From the NCBI GenBank assembly GCA_038496445.1, contig JALMLS010000175.1:186001-250000 (forward strand): 64,000 nt of DNA, read 5' to 3'. Within the stretch, counting starts at the first letter, position 1. Each line of letters starts with the position of its first letter. A model generated the notes under the pieces. That model did not search any database. It was not told the DNA's origin and was given only the letters and a program-made list of their open reading frames with translations. The position numbers were made by a program, and so were the translations under genes. Below, one piece after another: positions 52,241-64,000 of the stretch. The stretch is from Trichosphaerium sp. ATCC 40318. Its lineage: Eukaryota > Protista > Tubulinea.

Positions 52241-53149
52241 TTATTCAATCACTATTACACCATCAACTATTCTACAATCAAATTCTTTGTGTTTAGCAAT
52301 ACACGTGGGACATCCATAATGTCCGCATTCACAATAAAATACATCTTTTTTACAGCAACTACGACGAATAAAATTAGCATCATCCCAATCACACTCTGGA
52401 CATTTGTCTAAGCAACGATAGCAACCAAATGTTTTATCACAATCTCCACAACAACATGTCTTCCTACCGAAACGAACAGATAACTTATCATCTATAAGAT
52501 CCTTCCAACAACTCTTACAAATACCCCTACCACACCCAGTACAAGCACAAACAGCCTTGCTTACTGAACAACACTGACTTAGAACTTCAAAGCTTGTTTT
52601 AAGGTTGCAATTGTCACAACTAACTGTAACTTCTGTCTTTTCTTGGAGCAACCGAGGATGTATCTTTCTTGTTTTTATCTTGTATTTGTTGTTATTACAA
52701 CAAAAGCACTTGGATTGCTTGCTTGGAAGCTTACAATGTATCCAATAGACAGCGTTATGTATAAGCGTGAACACCAATACCTTGTTCATTTGTATAAGGT
52801 TAGGAGAAAGTAGAATATCGTTATTGGGTCCTCGCTTTATGTTCTGTAAAGATACTGCTTTTTTACCCTTAAAAAAGACTTTGTTTAGGAATGAGTCGTA
52901 TATTAGATCGATAGCGGCGGTTGACGTTTTGTCGAAGGGTTTGACTGCTTTGAAGTTTTGTAACGTTTCATGTACAGCAGTTCCTAGCATGTGATATTTA
53001 CTAACGATGGATTTATCTTTCATAGAGCGTTCTGCAGAACTACGAAGCTCTTGTAGCGTAAAGTTGAAAATAGAGAACCAAATCTCTGTTGGTAGCCAAG
53101 CGCTGGTATCGTCTAACGAGTTGGATGAAAACAATCGCTTGGTTGACAT
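52241..53149 (-). CDS. Intronless F-box-like + Cys-rich (multi-CxxC) protein
   Basis: WLPTEIWFSIFNF F-box motif; the C-terminal half has many CxxC pairs (CDNC, CTGC, CKSC, CGDC, CYRC, CPEC, CPTC..H). Confidence 0.8.
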   Translation of the reverse strand: MSTKRLFSSNSLDDTSAWLPTEIWFSIFNFTLQELRSSAERSMKDKSIVSKYHMLGTAVHETLQNFKAVKPFDKTSTAAIDLIYDSFLNKVFFKGKKAVSLQNIKRGPNNDILLSPNLIQMNKVLVFTLIHNAVYWIHCKLPSKQSKCFCCNNNKYKIKTRKIHPRLLQEKTEVTVSCDNCNLKTSFEVLSQCCSVSKAVCACTGCGRGICKSCWKDLIDDKLSVRFGRKTCCCGDCDKTFGCYRCLDKCPECDWDDANFIRRSCCKKDVFYCECGHYGCPTCIAKHKEFDCRIVDGVIVIE

Positions 53150-53439
53150 TTTTAACAAGCGGGTCGTTCGTTTGAGAGTTGTGGTTTGCCTGAAAAAGAC
53201 GTTCAGCTTTTGTCATAAAGACTTAACTATTTAAGTCAACTATGAACAGCACATTGTGAAGGGCAGAGAAAACAGGTCGAAAATTCGTTGACTAGTTGTT
53301 GTGACGTTCGGCTAAAGTCAGAGCTGGTCTATTTCGTTCACATCTACAATGCTTTAACAACATCAAAGCTAATCACCAACATGTACCTTTTATAGCTTCT
53401 TTGTACTTATTCAGTTTACGATAAGCTATCAGTGTATGG

Positions 53440-53730
53440 TATACCATGCTCTTTCTTCTGCTATTGATTAAGTTGTGTAAACACGCAAGGTCATTTGAAG
53501 CTCCACTATTATCTCATTTCACTTTCAACTCAAATCGCAAGGCTGCTTGTTTTGACAAAATACATCTGTTTATACCATGCTCTTTCTTCTGCTATTGATT
53601 AAGTTGTGTAAACACGCAAGTGGATTGGCTAGTCATAAGGTATCCACTATTATCTCATTCATTACACATGTTTGTTTCGCACTTCATCAAATCGCATACA
53701 TAAGGCTTGTTTTGACAAAATACATCTGTT
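53440..53730. repeat. Imperfect tandem duplication (131-bp and 160-bp copies)
   Basis: Identical 50-bp start TATACCATGC...CACGCAAG at 53440 and 53571, identical ends GCTTGTTTTGACAAAATACATCTGTT, and indels in the middle. Confidence 0.9.
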
Positions 53731-53838
53731 TAAGTGGTATCTTGCAACAATATTTCAGAATTTTTTTTTTACTGTACAATTTTTACAAAATAGGTTTTTT
53801 TCGTTCTTCTTCTTTCCTTTGGGTTTTCAAAGTTCAGC

Positions 53839-58889
<5,051 letters not shown>

Positions 58890-59428
58890 GACTATATGTT
58901 AAGGTCAGAGATATTTGTGCCTCTTCCTGTGTTGCGTTTTTTGCGCGAGAATTAGATATTTGGCGCCATATTTTTTTGATTTTATCAGTTTTATTTTCAG
59001 CTTATGTGCTTTTATCCACAAAGTACGCTTATAACCGCCAACAGTTACCGACTATGTTTAGCTATAATAAGACAACACAAGAAGATGTTTTCTTCGCTAC
59101 ACTCCAAGTTAACAAAGCCCTACTATAACTCCACGCTTGTAAATAATTGTTGGATCCGGTATTCGCTCTAAACTCGCTTTGCAGGTAGATTTATTTTGAA
59201 ACGGTAGTTAATCCACAAAACATACTCAACAAGGTCGATACGCTTAGTTATATGCGTTTCGTAGTTTTAAAGGGACTTTTCAAATAAATAGAACCAAACA
59301 AAAGATGATATTCGACGTCGCGTATTTCTTTGAACCAACGACGTAGTTTGTAAGAGAAAATAACAACCATTCCTCACAACTTACAAACAGTAAACAACAC
59401 AACAACAAAGTTAGAAAACAAACAAATA

Positions 59429-60087
<659 letters not shown>

Positions 60088-60302
60088 ATACTTTAAACAA
60101 AATGTAAAATAAATGTACATAACTTTACGTAACTGTTGTCTTTGTTGTCCCAAGCGCAATACCAAAGCGTTATTTACGCACTCAAGAGTTTTTTGAAGAA
60201 ATTCCACGTGCTTGAACGGCAAACGACAAAACAGTATTCAAAAGGTCACGAAAGGTCTAAAAATCACAAAATAGCAGTGCGCTAACCCCAAAAACACAAG
60301 CT

Positions 60303-62072
60303 ATGGAGAATAAGCACTTTTGGCTCATTTCTGTGCCTAACAGCGCTTACCAAAACGTTGTTGGCGAAATCGACCGTAGAGTACCTCGCGATCAGTCTGA
60401 AGAGAATCATAAGTGGAAAGTTCCTGAACTGCGTGTGGGAACTTATGACTCTCTAATGAGTCTGAGCGATGACATTTACCGTATAGACAACTCCATTTAT
60501 AATACAGTGCGAAAAATAGCGAGACAGTACTATGACTTGCTCGAAAATAAACCAGCGAAGAAAGAATTACCTATACTTGACAGTACGCTAACGAAAAGCT
60601 TATTTTTTCACCAATTATACCTAGCGAGTGCTGATGTGTATGTAACCCGCTTCTACTGGGACAACGCTCGTTATCTACCACGAAAATCGCTAAGGGAGCT
60701 CACTGAGAAAATCGCTGGGGTATTTAACAATTAACATTGAACTCTCCTCGCAAAAAGCGTAAAACTTTTTTCAACTCTACAAAATCTTTGTTTTATCACT
60801 AAACAATTGCTGGTTTAGGAGCTCACCTCACTTGACGAAGAATTACGAAAAAAGGCTGCAGCATTTAATTCCGTCAACCAAGCAAGGAACGCTCAGGAAC
60901 AAAAAGCAAAGTGCGTTTGAGGTTATAAAATCATCATTTTAGATGAAATGCCATGTTGGTTGTTTTTCTAAATATTTTGGTTTAGAGGCAGTCTGATGGT
61001 TCGTGACTTGTCTTCAGTTGTCACTGAGGAAGTGTTGGTCGAGACTGACTACCTCACAACACTCCTTGTCGTAGTACCAAGGTGCGAAAAAGACATTTTT
61101 TTTTAGTTTTTTGTCATCCCTCCTTTTTTTTTGAAAAAATACCCAAATCTCGTTCTCTGACGCTTTCTTAGAGCTGAAATAAGCAATTGGTACAAGACCT
61201 ATGAAACATTGACAGAGTTCGTTATGCCACAATCATCAAAGTACGTTTGTAACATCGAACAGAGCTTTAAATTATCAATATTAAAAAAACTTAAAGGAAG
61301 CTTCTTGAGGATAATGAATCGTCTCTTATGACTGTCATTTTGTTCAAACGTGTTGCTGATGAATTCAAAAATAAGGCCAAGGAGAAGAGGTACGCATACA
61401 TAGATTATAAACGCCACTTGGTGAAGAAGAAACCCGATACATATTTTTTTTTGCTGAAATCCGATAAATTTGGGGTTATGTTATTTTGACATTTTATGAC
61501 AAGGTTCGCCGTCAGAAAGTTTCAAAAAGCTGAACTTGGTTCTGCAGAGAAACAATCACAACAACTCGATTCCGAACAAGAACGTTTAAAGGTATTGGTT
61601 ATTTGGATTTTACTAACAAATCGATTGGATACTCACTCTTTTTTTTTTTTTTAGACCAACTTGCTTCGTTGGTGTAAAACAAATTTTTCAGGAGCCTTCA
61701 TTGCTTGGATTCATCTTAAATGTATCCGTGTATTTGTTGAGTCCGTTTTACGCTTTGGTCTGCCTGTAGATTTCCAACCTGTCCTCATGTTGGTACGTGT
61801 CAATTAAATCAATTCTGGGTTTTTTTTTATTGCGAAGCATTTTTTTGTTGTACTCATGATTTCTTGTGTAGCCTAAAAAGAGAAACAAGAAGAAATTGAG
61901 AGAGACTCTTAACAACATGTTCCAACATGTAGGAAGCCAAAAATCAGAAAAAGGAGATGGTTTCGATGAATTAGACCCTACTATGGCTAATCTAATTGGT
62001 TCAACACAACAATACTACCCATACGTTTTCTTAGATTTAAATATCGATCTTTGGGGATCAAGAGAAGACTAA
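60303..62072 (+). CDS. ATP6V1C: V-type proton ATPase subunit C; multi-exon
   Basis: [84 protein letters not shown]. Confidence 0.96.
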
Positions 62073-62199
62073 CAAACAAGAAAAAACTCAAAAAACCAAA
62101 AAAAACAAAACCGCGCCCAAAACTGGAGAAGGGAAAAAAATGTCAAATGCAATCCTTCTTTTTTGCTTTCTACAAGTATTTTGTCTTGTTTATTTCTTA

Positions 62200-63381
62200 T
62201 TATTCTACAATTTTCTTTTTTTTACAGTGTGCTCGTTTTGTTGCGAACCCAAATTCTATTGCACCTAGCCATTCATCTCTATCGCGTTGATTACGGCCTT
62301 TAAGTATAATTGCGCCAGTATTTGAGCATAGAGTAAATGTGTCAATCTCGCCACATAATATCCTAGAGTAGACTTAATTGTTTGATCATGTTAAGTTATG
62401 AAAAAAATACGTACTGCAACACATCAAGTCCTACAAGATTTATGACTCGTTTAAATTTACCACGTGCCACGGCTTTCTCGTTTACAAATGTAATAATACA
62501 CATATTTACAATATCAAAGATACACCATCGATGTTTCTCACTGTATTATAAACAAAGCAATTAGAGTGGTTTATAAAAAAAAACAAATCAAAAAAAAAAA
62601 GAAGATTTCAGTCGTACGTTCTTTTCTTACTACTTTCTGTAACAGAAAGCCATCCACTATGTATACAATGATTATGGTTCACTGCAATACGTTTCTGAGA
62701 CTTATATGGTATCACAGTAGTATTCCTCCTTGTTTCTAAAGCAGTTTGTACGTCCTTTCTAATAATCAAATCTCCGAATACAAATCTTCTTCTATAGGTA
62801 TTCTCTTCTGTAGCGCTATCAATTACAGCTATTTTATCACAACAAGCTATAAGTCTATCTAATTCTCTATTGTTCCTTGGTGTACGCCAACGTGTATCTT
62901 CTACAATGAATTCTGGCGATGTTTGCGATCTGTTTGACTTGTATTGATTTCTTTTCTCATCTGTTATGTATAAGTGTAAATCAGCTCCTGATGACTTCCT
63001 TGGTCTACCAGAAGATATTCTATCAACGTAGATACTTGGTATCTCACCAATACGATCAAGTAAACGAGCATGTAGCCATCCTTCACCAAGATCTGCTAAA
63101 ATATCAAAAACGTCTCCAGCGTTAAAATTAAGCTCCTCTGTTCGGTGAGCTACGTAAGAAAACTTCGCCCTTCCTTTCCATCTTACTTGCTTGACATAAT
63201 CGCTTTTACGAACTAAAAAGTTTGCAGGGACTTTACCAGTCTCTCCAATAAGATTTCTAGCGGTCCACCAAGTAGACCCTTTTCTTACAATATCAAGCTT
63301 ATCTCCTTTTCTGAAGCTTAGTTCTTTATATGTACGAGCAGAATAGGCATGGTGAGCATAAGCTACAAGTATTACTTTCAT
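62200..63381 (-). CDS. Tandem SH3 + C-terminal PH-like domain adaptor; multi-exon
   Basis: Two SH3 domains (ELSFRKGD...WW...GKVPANF; ELNFNAGD...GW...GEIPSIYV) and a PH-like end (IHSGWL...RDEWLGAI). Confidence 0.85.
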
Positions 63382-63590
63382 TTTAGAACCTAAACAAACC
63401 GATTAATAAAAAACTTTTTGATTGAAAAAGAGGAAATTTCTTTGTTACGATTCGAAATTGAATTTGAGGAGTACTAGTCTTAAATAGCATTATAAACCAC
63501 TCAATTTAGCAATAGAGTAAAAATACCTTTAGAGCGTATTGCTATCGAAAAAGGCGAAAAAAACAAAAAAAGCGCGAAGTAACAACGATT

Positions 63591-64000
63591 CTAATGAACC
63601 TTGTGACTTCCTTTCTCATTAAATTGCGTACAACAGCAATCTAAAAATATCCAAAAAACCCAAAAGCGTTTTGAGGAAGTTCTTAATGAATAAAAAGGAA
63701 AAAGTGCGTAAAATAGTATATGCGCTTTCGGCGTACTTGTAGGTGCCGATGCAGGTCCTTTCTGTTTAATCATGCCTAAATTTCGGTTGTGAAACGAAAA
63801 CTTTCTCGTTCCTTCCACAAAAGCAAGTGTTTCTTGCTTATTCTTAGGTACTTCAGAGTAGTCGTCTTCTGATCGATATTCGACATTACCATCTTGTACA
63901 ACTGGTAAAACTGCAATTCTAGCTAGTATTTGAGTTGTATGAGTGTCTTCAGCAGGTAATGGAAGTAGCTGAACGTTACGGTCTTTTGGTGAGTCTTGAG
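63591..64000 (-). CDS. 3' part of an unidentified gene running off the window
   Basis: An open frame from the window edge (QDSPKDRNVQLLPLP...) continues into ORF 63591-63818, with a probable GTACG intron near 63735. Confidence 0.4.
   Translation of the reverse strand, partial: QDSPKDRNVQLLPLPAEDTHTTQILARIAVLPVVQDGNVEYRSEDDYSEVPKNKQETLAFVEGTRKFSFHNRNLGMIKQKGPASAPTSTPKAHILFYALFPFYSLRTSSKRFWVFWIFLDCCCTQFNEKGSHKVH

Overview
This is AT-rich, gene-dense nuclear DNA from a unicellular eukaryote, probably an amoeba (inferred from many roughly 40-100 nt spliceosomal introns with GTACG/GTAAG/GTGCG donors). The ORF track shows mostly exon fragments, so I rebuilt gene models by hand. Intron-rich housekeeping genes include SMC3, V-ATPase subunit C, ARF, an atypical Rho GTPase, Mis18, TRAP-alpha, PNUTS, GST kappa, a DDHD phospholipase, an acid lipase, thioredoxin, a GT64, a GH18-like hydrolase and an SMP-30 family protein. 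These are interleaved with mostly intronless accessory genes, including F-box/MORN-variant, F-box/LRR and F-box/Cys-rich genes and a small bacterial-type protein. Highlights: (1) a single ~5 kb gene, invisible as one unit in the ORF track, encoding a DZIP3-type HEPN domain with an intact RX4H motif, TPR and SEL1 repeats and a C-terminal membrane anchor, a candidate sensor-RNase defence protein; (2) a carboxylic-acid-reductase-like A-T-R enzyme with an N-terminal coiled coil and ZZ-like zinc finger; (3) an F-box protein carrying RNA Pol II CTD-like heptads; (4) strong over-representation of CACGTG, especially in introns; (5) an SMC3 whose ABC signature reads LSAAQ. All family assignments come from motif recognition; no database searches were run.
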